Shown in pieces: positions 33,887-43,318 of a stretch of 64,000 bases of DNA. The DNA is from a virus. Both the position numbers and the translations under genes were made by a program. The stretch spans positions 1-64,000 of IMG/VR virus record IMGVR_UViG_3300046492_000237; one strand, written 5' to 3'. The first letter of the stretch is position 1; each line of letters begins with the position of its first letter. Under the pieces are notes generated by a model that made no database searches, was not told the DNA's origin, and saw nothing but the letters and a program-made list of their open reading frames with translations.

Positions 33887-35040
33887 TGGACCTATCTACG
33901 CCCGCATCGCAGAAAGCAGACGAGTGCCCCATTACTTTTGTGATGGAGGACGAGTCTGCCGGTACGTCTGACGAATTGACCCTTTTGATCCGCCCAGAGG
34001 AGCTGTCCATCGGCTTCCCTAGTCGCCTGTCCGTCAATCAGACGCTGGGTGGCGGCTGGGCTGATAGCTTCGGTGAGGGGATCGAAGAAGGCACCTACTC
34101 CGGCACCTTGGGATGGCGCGCTACCAGCTCGGACAGTGGTGGCGGTGAACGTCTGGCCAAGATGAAAGAGTTTACTTACAGCGACTGGCATGCACGTCGT
34201 TCTGCCGCCGTGGTGAAGGGTGATGACCCTAGCATGGTCCGGCTGATTCTGGTCGACACGCTGAACAATTACTCCCGCGTCATCGCTCCTCGGATCTTCG
34301 AGCTGAAACGCAGCAAGAGCCGTCCGTTGCTGTGCCAGTACCGGTTCAATTTTGTGATGCTGTCGAAGGATGTTACCCGACAAGACCTGCTTATGTCCGA
34401 CACCGGATTCGGCAGCATCCTCGGCACGATAGGCGCGTGGATCGACAGCTTTACCGCGTCGATCAACAACATCACCGATCGCATCCGCGAGGCGTACAAG
34501 TGGATCGATAAAACGATCATCGCGCCGATCAAGAAATTCGTTGCAACCACCATGCGACTGTACACGGCTGTGAAAAATCTGGTGACTGCGGGCGTCGGCA
34601 TCATTCGCCAAGTCGGCAGCATTGCGACATTGGCGACTCAGGCGATCACCAACGTGCTGCGCGCGGCGGCGATCGTGGTGAATATCCCGAACATCGGCAA
34701 GGCGGCGATCATGAACGTGGTCCGCGAGTACACGAACCTGTTCTGCCTGCTGAAAAATGCCAAGAAGGTGCTTGATTACGAGGACTACTCGGACATCTAC
34801 GGCGCATCTAACTGTTCGTCAACCGGCGGCGGTCGTTCGATCTCGGTCTATTCCGGATCGACCAACAACACCTTCGCCGCCGTGGCCAAGGAGACGCCAT
34901 CTCCGGTGCTTGTGACTCAGGCCGCCTCGACCAGCATGAAGACGATCGCCAGCACTGATCTGGTGACCACGCCACTGCCGGCCGCCGTTATCGCCAGCAA
35001 CCTCAACGTGATCAACTCCGGCCTGTCGGTGACCACATGA
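33886..35040 (+). CDS. Baseplate/tail-tube initiator-like protein
   Basis: IRPEELS...QTLGGGWADSFGEG...SGTLG pattern; position. Confidence 0.6.
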   Translation: MDLSTPASQKADECPITFVMEDESAGTSDELTLLIRPEELSIGFPSRLSVNQTLGGGWADSFGEGIEEGTYSGTLGWRATSSDSGGGERLAKMKEFTYSDWHARRSAAVVKGDDPSMVRLILVDTLNNYSRVIAPRIFELKRSKSRPLLCQYRFNFVMLSKDVTRQDLLMSDTGFGSILGTIGAWIDSFTASINNITDRIREAYKWIDKTIIAPIKKFVATTMRLYTAVKNLVTAGVGIIRQVGSIATLATQAITNVLRAAAIVVNIPNIGKAAIMNVVREYTNLFCLLKNAKKVLDYEDYSDIYGASNCSSTGGGRSISVYSGSTNNTFAAVAKETPSPVLVTQAASTSMKTIASTDLVTTPLPAAVIASNLNVINSGLSVTT

Positions 35041-35660
35041 CCGACTTCACCAAGCAGTATTCGGGCTATCGGTTCGTCAATACCCAGCGCGGCGATACGC
35101 TGCAGATGGTGGCGTTTCGCGAACTCGGCAGCGCAAATGACTGGGCGAAGCTGGCATGGTTCAACAGCCTGCTTCCGCCGTTCATTACCGATGATCCTGA
35201 GCTGGCGGGCGATCGCGTCCTGCTGTCCGGTCAGCAGATCAAAATCCCATCGACCGTGGCTGAGTCAGAGTCATCGACAAGCGATGTCGACAATGTCCTG
35301 CTCACCGACTGCCGCCTGCGCAATGGGCGCCTTTCGGTTGATTTGGAAACTGGTGACTTCGAGGTCGTGTCGGGACGCGACAATCTCAAACAGGCCATCA
35401 CGTTCCGGATCGTCACCGACCCGGGCGAGCTGATTTTTCACCCGGCATATGGGTGCAAGATCAGTCGGCGCCGTGGCACCAAGAATGCGGCCGTGGCCAC
35501 TCTCTTGGGCCGTATGGACCTTCAAGACGCGCTGGTTCAGGAGACTCGCCTGCGCCGGATCAACAGTATTACCACCACCAGCAGCGGCGATGTTTTGTCG
35601 GGATCCGTCGACGTCACGCCGATTACTGGCGACTCAGTGAAAGTGGATGTGAGCGTATAA
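35037..35660 (+). CDS. LysM/tail-X plus gp25-like baseplate wedge protein
   Basis: GDTLQMVA...LG...W...N followed by NLKQAI...GELIFHPAYG. Confidence 0.75.
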   Translation: MTDFTKQYSGYRFVNTQRGDTLQMVAFRELGSANDWAKLAWFNSLLPPFITDDPELAGDRVLLSGQQIKIPSTVAESESSTSDVDNVLLTDCRLRNGRLSVDLETGDFEVVSGRDNLKQAITFRIVTDPGELIFHPAYGCKISRRRGTKNAAVATLLGRMDLQDALVQETRLRRINSITTTSSGDVLSGSVDVTPITGDSVKVDVSV

Positions 35661-36776
35661 ATGGCCTTTCAGGTAAAAGACTTCGTTTCGATTACCGCAT
35701 CCATGATCAACTGGATGCGGGCGACTACCCGCCGGGTCAGCGATTACAATATCGGCTCGGTCGTTCGAACCATGCTCGAGGCCGTAGCGGCTGAAATCGA
35801 TGAGCTGTATCAGCAGTTTTTCATCGGCGTCAAAGAAGCGATCCCGGTCTCGGTCTATAACTCTTTCAGCTTCGAAAAGCTGGCCGCCATCAGCGCAAAC
35901 GGACTTATCCGCGTCACCCTCACGCCGTCGGATACTGCCGGGCTGATCTCTGCGGGCACCACCTTCTCTGCTACTGGACTCCCGACCACTTACACGTCGC
36001 TGACGGATGTCGTCGTAGGCATTGGTATGTCGTTTGTGGATGTATCGGTCAAGGCTGATGCTGCCGGCTCGATCGGCAATATCTCGGCGCTGCAAGAGTT
36101 CACGCTGAACCCGGCGCCGGACAACTTCGTCAGCGCGACCAACCTGAGCGGCTTTGCTTCGGGCGTCGATGCTGAAACTGATGATGAGCGGAAAATCCGT
36201 TTCGCCGCTTACATCGCATCGATCAGCCGATCGACAAATGCTGCGCTGCGTTACGGCATGAGTACCGCAACGCTGGTTGACTCCGATGGCAACATCACAG
36301 AGCGCGTGGCTACTGCGATCACCGTCGAGCCATACCTCGATGACTCGAACCAGCCGATCGCCAAAGTCGATTGCTACATCCATAACGGGGTTGGCGGGAC
36401 TTCCACCGCGCTGCTGGCGAGAACCACCGAGATTGTCGATGGATATTACGACGCGAATGGTGTGGCCGTGGCCGGCTACAAAGCCGCAGGGATCAAAACC
36501 ACGGTGTTCATCGCCGCCGAGGAGTTGGTCAGCGTCACCGGTGAACTTGTCCCTGAAGCTGGCTTCGATGAACCGACCCTGATCACCAATGCCACGACCA
36601 CGGTCTATGCCTACCTGCAAAACCTGCCGATCGGGGGAACGGCCGTCCTCGCCGAGATCATTTACCTGATCAAGGATATCGATGGGGTTTACGACTTCCA
36701 GCCATCCTTGCCAGCGGCAAACGTCACCGTTGATAAAACCAAGAAGCTGATGCCCGGGAGTATCAACATCACATGA
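35661..36776 (+). CDS. Baseplate J-like wedge protein
   Basis: DYNIGSVVRTMLEA, GSIGN, GVDAETDDERKIR. Confidence 0.85.
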   Translation: MAFQVKDFVSITASMINWMRATTRRVSDYNIGSVVRTMLEAVAAEIDELYQQFFIGVKEAIPVSVYNSFSFEKLAAISANGLIRVTLTPSDTAGLISAGTTFSATGLPTTYTSLTDVVVGIGMSFVDVSVKADAAGSIGNISALQEFTLNPAPDNFVSATNLSGFASGVDAETDDERKIRFAAYIASISRSTNAALRYGMSTATLVDSDGNITERVATAITVEPYLDDSNQPIAKVDCYIHNGVGGTSTALLARTTEIVDGYYDANGVAVAGYKAAGIKTTVFIAAEELVSVTGELVPEAGFDEPTLITNATTTVYAYLQNLPIGGTAVLAEIIYLIKDIDGVYDFQPSLPAANVTVDKTKKLMPGSINIT

Positions 36777-39055
36777 ATCTGGTTCAGAAACTCCTCGGCC
36801 TGTTGCACCGCGTTTTTGATCCGGACCCTGAACAGTTTCTGGCTCTGACTTTCCAATACGACGGCGGCATGGTTTGGACCGTAGCAGATAACGTCCTGAC
36901 TACTGCCGTGTCCGGCGGAACCGGCCAAAATCTGTCGATCAACTTGGTCGATTACACGATCAGCGGCCTGATCAACTTTATTGCCCAGCAAGACGGCTAC
37001 ACGGTGACCACCAACGCCGCGCCGGACAAGCTCGCCCTTTCCGCGCGCACACTCATCGACGGCAGCAAAAACCAGTTTGCGTCCAATGGCGATCATCTTT
37101 ACGCGTATGCCAGCCTGATCTGGGTGTTCATGAGCGCTGTCGCCAGCGAATTGCGTGCGGCCGGCGCGCAGATCCCGCAGGCAATCCGCCAGATGACCGT
37201 GACCGAAGCTTCGGATGACTGGATCGATGAGCTGGGCGGCTATTACGGCGTAAAGCGCCAGCAAGGCGAATCCGATGCCAGCTACGGCCCACGCATCATT
37301 GCCGAAGTCGTGCGCCCCCGCTGCAACAACATCGCCATGGAAGCAGCCATCTCGCTTTACACCGGCCAGAGCACCAAGGTGACCGACGTTGTCATCTACG
37401 GCGCCAGCTTCCCGAAGTATGACAGCACAATTTTCCGCGACAGCATGTATCAGTACCAGTCGGTATCGGCCCCCCAATACGGGCTGTTCGACGTCGAGTA
37501 CGGATATGACCTGCTGGGCGGCGATGACATCACCGACTTCGCGGCAAGGGTGCGCGGCATCATCGACACGCTGCGCGCTGCGGGTACTCACCTGCGATCG
37601 CTGGTGCTGAAGGCTGGTTCGTTCAGCGACACGCTGACGCCGCCGGTTGATGAGGCCATGCCGCTGCGCGTGACCTTCAATCATGCCGATACCCTGACCG
37701 CGCCGAATGATGACCTGTTCACGTTTGACGCGGCTCTGGGCGCATTCAACGATACGGCCGCCGCTGGTACTGAAAGCGAATTCAACGCGATCCACTACAA
37801 CCAGCGGTACAACAGCGTTCGGACGCGAAACAGCGCGATCAACTTCGCTGGCGGCACCGTTGAAACATTCCCGGTTCTGGCGAAAGAGTGGCTGTTCACC
37901 ACCGGCACGCTTCCTGCCGACGTCAGTTTCGCGCGCGCAAGCGTTGGCGCTCGATTCAACGCGCAAGGCGTGCTTGAGTTCGTGGGCGCAGATCTCCCGC
38001 GCTTTGACTACGACCCGTACACCAGAACCACGCGTGGCCTGATGATCGAGGAGGCCCGTACCAACCTGCTTCCATATTCCAGCGACTTCACCAACGCCGC
38101 GTGGGGTAAGACCGCCTGCGCTGCATCTGTCAGCACCATGAATGGGCCTGACAACGCCACCGCCGCGTCGCTGATCGTACCGAACACCAGCAACACCACG
38201 CACCTCGTTGGGTCCGCCGCGATCGCGGTAACCGCATCGAAAGCCTACACCGAATCGATCTTTGTGAAAGCCGCAGGCTACACGCAAGTTCGCCTGCTGA
38301 TGGCTGACAACATTGGCCAGCTGATCGACACGGTATTCGACACGGCAACTGGGACGGTAATCGCCGGCAGCACGGCAGCTGTCATCACGCGAATGGCGAA
38401 TGGCTGGTACCGCGTAGCGCTGACAGCGACCACCAACGTCGGCGCATCGACGCTGAACCTGCAGGCATGGGTCTATTCCGCCGGGACCGGGACTTTCGCC
38501 GGCAACGGGACGTCTGGCCTGTACCTGTGGCATGCACAGATGGAGCTCGGCGGGTTTGTCACTACACCGATCGTTACCGCAGGATCCGCTGCAACTCGCG
38601 CGGCAGACCTGCCAACGATCGCCAGTGTGCTGCCGTGGTACAACGCATCGGTGGGCACCTTTATCGTCCATGCCACCGACCGCATGCCTTCGACCGCCAA
38701 CGGTTACACCCTTTCGATCGGCAGTGACAGCTCGAACTACATGGCGTTTGGTCAGGTCACCACCGCCGGGCCGACTGGCACCGCTGCCTTTATCAAGGCG
38801 GGTTCCGGGCTGGTGGGGCCAGACCTGTTCAACCGCAGCAAAATGGCGCTCGCGTGGAACGTATCCGCTGTGAGTCAGGCAGCGGACGGTGTAGCGCTTG
38901 GCGGTGCCACGCACAGCGGAATCCCGGTCGTCAGCAGCATCTGGCTGGGTCGCGGGCACTCAGGAGGCCCGACGGTTACCTGCTACATCCGCAAGATGAC
39001 GTATTGGGCGGCGCGCTTCCCCGACGGAACCCTGAAAATCATGACCGAGGCCTGA
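36773..39055 (+). CDS. Baseplate wedge (gpI-like) fused to a putative receptor/carbohydrate-binding region
   Basis: WIDELGGYYGVKRQQGESDASY in the N-terminal half; PRFDYDP...GLMIEEARTNL and beta-rich domains in the C-terminal half. Confidence 0.7.
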   Translation: MNLVQKLLGLLHRVFDPDPEQFLALTFQYDGGMVWTVADNVLTTAVSGGTGQNLSINLVDYTISGLINFIAQQDGYTVTTNAAPDKLALSARTLIDGSKNQFASNGDHLYAYASLIWVFMSAVASELRAAGAQIPQAIRQMTVTEASDDWIDELGGYYGVKRQQGESDASYGPRIIAEVVRPRCNNIAMEAAISLYTGQSTKVTDVVIYGASFPKYDSTIFRDSMYQYQSVSAPQYGLFDVEYGYDLLGGDDITDFAARVRGIIDTLRAAGTHLRSLVLKAGSFSDTLTPPVDEAMPLRVTFNHADTLTAPNDDLFTFDAALGAFNDTAAAGTESEFNAIHYNQRYNSVRTRNSAINFAGGTVETFPVLAKEWLFTTGTLPADVSFARASVGARFNAQGVLEFVGADLPRFDYDPYTRTTRGLMIEEARTNLLPYSSDFTNAAWGKTACAASVSTMNGPDNATAASLIVPNTSNTTHLVGSAAIAVTASKAYTESIFVKAAGYTQVRLLMADNIGQLIDTVFDTATGTVIAGSTAAVITRMANGWYRVALTATTNVGASTLNLQAWVYSAGTGTFAGNGTSGLYLWHAQMELGGFVTTPIVTAGSAATRAADLPTIASVLPWYNASVGTFIVHATDRMPSTANGYTLSIGSDSSNYMAFGQVTTAGPTGTAAFIKAGSGLVGPDLFNRSKMALAWNVSAVSQAADGVALGGATHSGIPVVSSIWLGRGHSGGPTVTCYIRKMTYWAARFPDGTLKIMTEA

Positions 39056-39066
39056 CAAGGCTTCGC

Positions 39067-39089
39067 GTCGTGACAACAGACTGCGCGTA
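39067..39089 (+). promoter_or_regulatory. Late promoter; predicted +1 at A39089
   Basis: GTCGTGAC-aacAgacT-gcgcgt-A. Confidence 0.7.
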
Positions 39090-39106
39090 ACGCACGGAGA
39101 ACCTAC

Positions 39107-39562
39107 ATGACCGGCTTCAACCTAAAAGACCATTACGATAAGGCGCCAAGCGGCCTGTTTCTGCTGAAGGTTTACCGCGCTGGCGAACTGATCGAGGTCT
39201 TTGAAGAAAAGAACCTGATTGTTGACCTGTCCAAGCAAATCCACGCAAAGCTGCTCGGCGGCGCAGTGGCAAACCAGTCTGTAACCCAGATCGGCTTTGG
39301 CACCAACAACACGGCGCCTGCCGTGGGTAACACCTCGTTGACCAGCCCGTATCTGAAGGCCTTGGACAGCGTGACCTATCCGCTGACGAATCAGGTGTCT
39401 TTCAACTTCTCGCTGGGCACCACCGAAAACAACGGCGTCAACATCGGTGAATTCGGCCTGTTCACCGCAGGCGGCACTTTGTACGCCCGCAAAACGCGCA
39501 CCACTGTTCTTCCAAAAGCGTCCGACCTTTCGTTCGCGGGCTCTTGGATCATTTCTTTCTGA
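39107..39562 (+). CDS. Tail fibre attachment/collar protein
   Basis: NLIV...IGFGT...IGEFGLF...LYARK. Confidence 0.7.
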   Translation: MTGFNLKDHYDKAPSGLFLLKVYRAGELIEVFEEKNLIVDLSKQIHAKLLGGAVANQSVTQIGFGTNNTAPAVGNTSLTSPYLKALDSVTYPLTNQVSFNFSLGTTENNGVNIGEFGLFTAGGTLYARKTRTTVLPKASDLSFAGSWIISF

Positions 39563-39573
39563 GGCCCTGATTA

Positions 39574-40569
39574 ATGGCAAACCAACCGGAAGTCGCCGTC
39601 TACGACAGTGGCGTATACCAGATCGAGGTTTCCGACCCGGTAGATGGTGGCGTCGGCGCGAAAACGAACGCACCGCTGCTGGCGCTGGCGAACCGTACCG
39701 CGTACCTGAAAGCGCACCTTGACGCTATCGAGGGCGGCACCTTCCTTCTGCCCGGCTATGCGCAACTTGATTCGCCAGCCCTGATCAACTCGCCAACCGC
39801 ACCGACTCAAGCTGCTGGCGACAACTCGACCAAGATCGCAACCGATGCGTTCGTGCAGACGGCTGTCAACGGATCGGTAAGCGTCAGCGTCGCTGGCGGC
39901 ACAACTACCACGCTGACCCAAGCACAATTTGGTGCTTCGAGCATCGTGTTGACTGGCGCGGTCACAGCAAACAAGGCAGTCGTTTTGCCTGACGGCCCGC
40001 GACGCTGGCTGATCACCAACAACACTACCGGCGCGTTCACAATCACGCTGAAAACAGCGGCCGGCACCGGCGTCTTGGTCACCCAAGGAAAGACCACGCT
40101 TGTATTCGCCGACGGGACCAATGTCCGTTTGCAGCAGAGCGACTTTATCAGTCCTGCTTTGCTGGGAACGCCAACCGCGCCAACTGCGGCCCCGGGCACC
40201 AGCACCACGCAACTGGCGACCACCGAGTTCGTCACACTGGTGCAGGGCCTGTCGGTTCCGCAGGACAGCTCGGTTGGTGCCGCTCAATTGCCTACCGGCA
40301 CCAGCGCTCAGCGTCCAGCCAACGGCCCCGGCAAGCTGCGCTTCAACTCCGATATTAATCGTCCTGAAATCAATAACGGAGCGGCGTGGGGATCGCTTGG
40401 TGGTGCAACTGGCGGCGGCAACGACGCGGTGTTCTATCTGAACGATCAGACCATCAATAACGACTACACCGTCGCCGGAAATCAGAACGCAATGACTGCC
40501 GGCCCTATCGCCATCGCCAACGGCAAGACTGTCACGGTTTCGACCGGTGCCGTCTGGACCGTGGTTTAA
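39574..40569 (+). CDS. Tail fibre protein
   Basis: GVYQIE...DPVDGG...LANRTAYLK N-terminus; two SPALxxxPTAPT...ATTxFV repeats. Confidence 0.85.
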   Translation: MANQPEVAVYDSGVYQIEVSDPVDGGVGAKTNAPLLALANRTAYLKAHLDAIEGGTFLLPGYAQLDSPALINSPTAPTQAAGDNSTKIATDAFVQTAVNGSVSVSVAGGTTTTLTQAQFGASSIVLTGAVTANKAVVLPDGPRRWLITNNTTGAFTITLKTAAGTGVLVTQGKTTLVFADGTNVRLQQSDFISPALLGTPTAPTAAPGTSTTQLATTEFVTLVQGLSVPQDSSVGAAQLPTGTSAQRPANGPGKLRFNSDINRPEINNGAAWGSLGGATGGGNDAVFYLNDQTINNDYTVAGNQNAMTAGPIAIANGKTVTVSTGAVWTVV

Positions 40570-40580
40570 GGAGTCTGTAA

Positions 40581-40991
40581 ATGAGCATTACCATTCCGGG
40601 CACCGGGCCAATGACGCTTCCGTCTGCCAGTGCTCTGGCCGCGAGCCCGGCAACAGGCGATCGTTCTGCAGCCATTGCCACCATGCAAAAATTCGCTGAT
40701 GAGTTCCCTGCCAGCTTAGCTTCAAACGGATATCAAAAGCTGCCAAATGGATTGATTATTCAATGGGGGCTTAGCTCAACATCATCCGCAGGAACTAACA
40801 CGATCAGCCTTCCTACTGCATTCAGTAATACTGGCTATAGAATTAGTTGCAGTCCATTAGACGTCTCTGTTCCGAATAATGTTTCGTGCTCGCCAAACAG
40901 CACAACTGCATTCAACTCATCTGGATGGGGCCCTACAGCTTCTAATGCGAGAGTTACAACATCGTTTACGTGGATTGCCATCGGCTACTAA
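40581..40991 (+). CDS. Stand-alone fibre-tip domain 1
   Basis: GYQKLPNGLIIQWG...WIAIGY. Confidence 0.8.
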   Translation: MSITIPGTGPMTLPSASALAASPATGDRSAAIATMQKFADEFPASLASNGYQKLPNGLIIQWGLSSTSSAGTNTISLPTAFSNTGYRISCSPLDVSVPNNVSCSPNSTTAFNSSGWGPTASNARVTTSFTWIAIGY

Positions 40992-41000
40992 GGATCACTC

Positions 41001-41465
41001 ATGAGCACAGCAAAAGTAAACCGCTTGCAGCTCGGCCAGTCCGGCACTGCAACGCAGAACTTCACCCTGACAGCTGAAGCTGCTGACGGGACGATGAAGC
41101 TGGCGCGTGGTGTGGCGGGCGGGACCACTCAGGACATCATGATAATCAATGCTGCTGGCGAGGTTGATTTTCCTCAGCTTGTGCGACTGTATGGCGTAAG
41201 CGGATATCAAAAACTTCCGGGCGGTCTCATCGTTCAATGGGGGCCAACGCCAACGACAACGCCGGGCGGCGGATCTTTTGTTGTCACATACCCGATCATT
41301 TTTCCGAACGGCTTCCTTTCCGTCATTGCGCAAGGCGGCGCGACCAGCGCTGCATCCATTCCATATTCTGGTTTGGACGTTTCAGCAAGCCCCCGGACAA
41401 ACTTCAGATTCTGGGTTGCAAGCAATGGCGCGCTACCCGGTAACTACATTGCACTCGGCTTCTAA
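41001..41465 (+). CDS. Stand-alone fibre-tip domain 2
   Basis: GYQKLPGGLIVQWG...YIALGF. Confidence 0.8.
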   Translation: MSTAKVNRLQLGQSGTATQNFTLTAEAADGTMKLARGVAGGTTQDIMIINAAGEVDFPQLVRLYGVSGYQKLPGGLIVQWGPTPTTTPGGGSFVVTYPIIFPNGFLSVIAQGGATSAASIPYSGLDVSASPRTNFRFWVASNGALPGNYIALGF

Positions 41466-41480
41466 AATCAGGAGAAAATC

Positions 41481-41819
41481 ATGTTCGCTTCAATTTCCGC
41501 CCGTGGGTTCTTCGACCCAGAGATTCATACCTCGATGCCGAATGACGCGATCGAGATGCCTGAAGGCCTTCACGCAACCCTGATGAACGGCCAGTCCGAA
41601 GGCAAGATCATTACATGGGGAAAGGAAGGCCTTCCGTACCTCGCTGAGCGCCCAGCGCTGACAACCGACGAGCTGAATACCATCGCGCTTTCCAGCCGTG
41701 AAACAGCATATCGCCTCGAAGCAGATCCACTGTTTTTCCAAGTCCAGCGTGGCGACGTCGAGAATCAGGTCTGGCTCGACAAGATCGCTGAAATCAAAGC
41801 CCGCTATCCGAAGGTGTAA
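41481..41819 (+). CDS. Tail fibre assembly chaperone
   Basis: GFFDPEIH...MPNDAIE...L..GQSEGKII, EADPLFF...IKARYP. Confidence 0.75.
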   Translation: MFASISARGFFDPEIHTSMPNDAIEMPEGLHATLMNGQSEGKIITWGKEGLPYLAERPALTTDELNTIALSSRETAYRLEADPLFFQVQRGDVENQVWLDKIAEIKARYPKV

Positions 41820-41821
41820 CC

Positions 41822-42253
41822 ATGTCCGTCTCTCTACGTGCTGACAACGGCGGCGCAACCGGCGCCCTGCAGCTGAATGGCTCTGACAAGCTGGTGCTCA
41901 ATGCCGATGGCACGATTAGCGGCACGGTTAACCCAGCAACAGGCCTGCGCAGCATGGCGCTGGCTACCATGCAAAAATTTGCGGATGAGTTTGGAGCGTT
42001 ACAGCAGAATACCGGATGGCAAAAGCTTCCAAGCGGTCTGATTATCCAATGGGGTTTTTCAACTCCGGCTGGTGCTGGTGTGATTGCCGCTGTAACTCTT
42101 CCAGTTGCTTATCCTAACGCACATCTTGTTGCTATGGGATCATCTTCCAATAACGTTGGATATGCTGGAGCAACAAAAATCAATACATCCCAAATTGGCG
42201 TGTTTGGAAGTCAAGCGACCAATAACGTTTTCTGGATGTCGATCGGTTTTTAA
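41822..42253 (+). CDS. Stand-alone fibre-tip domain 3
   Basis: GWQKLPSGLIIQWG...WMSIGF. Confidence 0.8.
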   Translation: MSVSLRADNGGATGALQLNGSDKLVLNADGTISGTVNPATGLRSMALATMQKFADEFGALQQNTGWQKLPSGLIIQWGFSTPAGAGVIAAVTLPVAYPNAHLVAMGSSSNNVGYAGATKINTSQIGVFGSQATNNVFWMSIGF

Positions 42254-42263
42254 TAGAAGTAGC

Positions 42264-42286
42264 GTCGTGATGCCACCATCCGCTTA
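42264..42286 (+). promoter_or_regulatory. Late promoter for the lysis cassette; predicted +1 at A42286
   Basis: GTCGTGAT-gccAccaT-ccgctt-A. Confidence 0.65.
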
Positions 42287-42310
42287 GTCAACCAACTAAG
42301 CGGATTTTTT
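42278..42310 (+). terminator. Terminator-like hairpin overlapping the lysis promoter
   Basis: ATCCGCTTAGT-CAACCA-ACTAAGCGGAT followed by a T run. Confidence 0.6.
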
Positions 42311-42311
42311 C

Positions 42312-42620
42312 ATGACTCCATTCCGTCGCATCAAAGCCCTTGTCGATACGTCGGCGTGGATCCTGATCGCCCCCTCTCTGCTCGCCCTGTTCTACATCGA
42401 CGAGTCGATGCTCACCACGCTGGTGCAATGGCTGGTGTTCGCTCCGGTGCTGGCCGGCGTAGCTGTCATCGTCAGCCGCATCGTTTTCCCGCAGATCCAT
42501 TTGACCGCCTTGGTCAACGAGGCGCTGCGCGGTAACCGTGCCGCTGCGACCGTGGCTGGCGCTCTGGTGATCTTTGTCGCCATTCTGGTGCTGGCGCTTG
42601 CTATCTGGTCGCGCGCCTGA
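42312..42620 (+). CDS. Putative holin (3 TM segments)
   Basis: Hydrophobic 102-aa protein directly before the endolysin. Confidence 0.65.
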   Translation: MTPFRRIKALVDTSAWILIAPSLLALFYIDESMLTTLVQWLVFAPVLAGVAVIVSRIVFPQIHLTALVNEALRGNRAAATVAGALVIFVAILVLALAIWSRA

Positions 42621-43318
42621 TGAGCCGCTTCCTGATCGCCCTGCTGGTGCTGCTATCAGTGCCGGCTGCCGCTGAATCCGTCCCTGCGCGCGCTGAGATC
42701 TACCTGCCGACTCTGGTTGGCGCTCAGCGCTCGATCTGGCCGGACGCCCCAACCCCGTCGTTTCTGGCGGGGCAGGTCGAACAGGAATCGTGCATCACGC
42801 TCAAGCATTCCAAATGCTGGAACCCTACCGCGCAGCTGAAGACCTCTCGCGAGTGGGGGCGTGGCCTTGGTCAGGTCACCACGGCTTATCGCGCCGACGG
42901 CACCATTCGCTTCGATAAGCAGGAGGAGTTGCGGCAGCAGTTCCCGTCGCTTCGCGGATGGACCACGGCAAGATGGGCAGACGCCACCTTCCAGATGACC
43001 GCCATCGTCGAGATGGACAAGTCGATTTACACCCGGCAACGCGATGCGGCCACGCCCCGTGATCGTCTGGCGTTCACTCTGTCCGCCTACAACGGCGGCG
43101 AGGGGGGCGTTCTTCAGGATCGCCGGCTTTGCGCCAACACAAAGGGCTGCGACCCGACGCGATGGGCTGGCCACGTCGAGCGCACCAGCTTGAAGAACAA
43201 GGTTGCCAGCGCCGGCTACGGAAAATCATTTTTCGAGATCAATCGCGAGTACGTCACCAACATCCTTGATGTCAGGCGGCACAAATATGAACCCTACTTT
43301 CAGGGCGAGCCTAAATGA
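42620..43318 (+). CDS. Endolysin, lytic transglycosylase family, with an N-terminal signal peptide
   Basis: QVEQES (catalytic E), GLGQVT, LSAYNGG, INREYV. Confidence 0.85.
   Translation: MSRFLIALLVLLSVPAAAESVPARAEIYLPTLVGAQRSIWPDAPTPSFLAGQVEQESCITLKHSKCWNPTAQLKTSREWGRGLGQVTTAYRADGTIRFDKQEELRQQFPSLRGWTTARWADATFQMTAIVEMDKSIYTRQRDAATPRDRLAFTLSAYNGGEGGVLQDRRLCANTKGCDPTRWAGHVERTSLKNKVASAGYGKSFFEINREYVTNILDVRRHKYEPYFQGEPK

Noticed and set aside
40581-42253. Diversity-generating retroelement or invertible shufflon at the fibre tips
   Set aside because: No reverse transcriptase, no TR/VR pair differing at adenines, no invertase, and all cassettes are in the same orientation.
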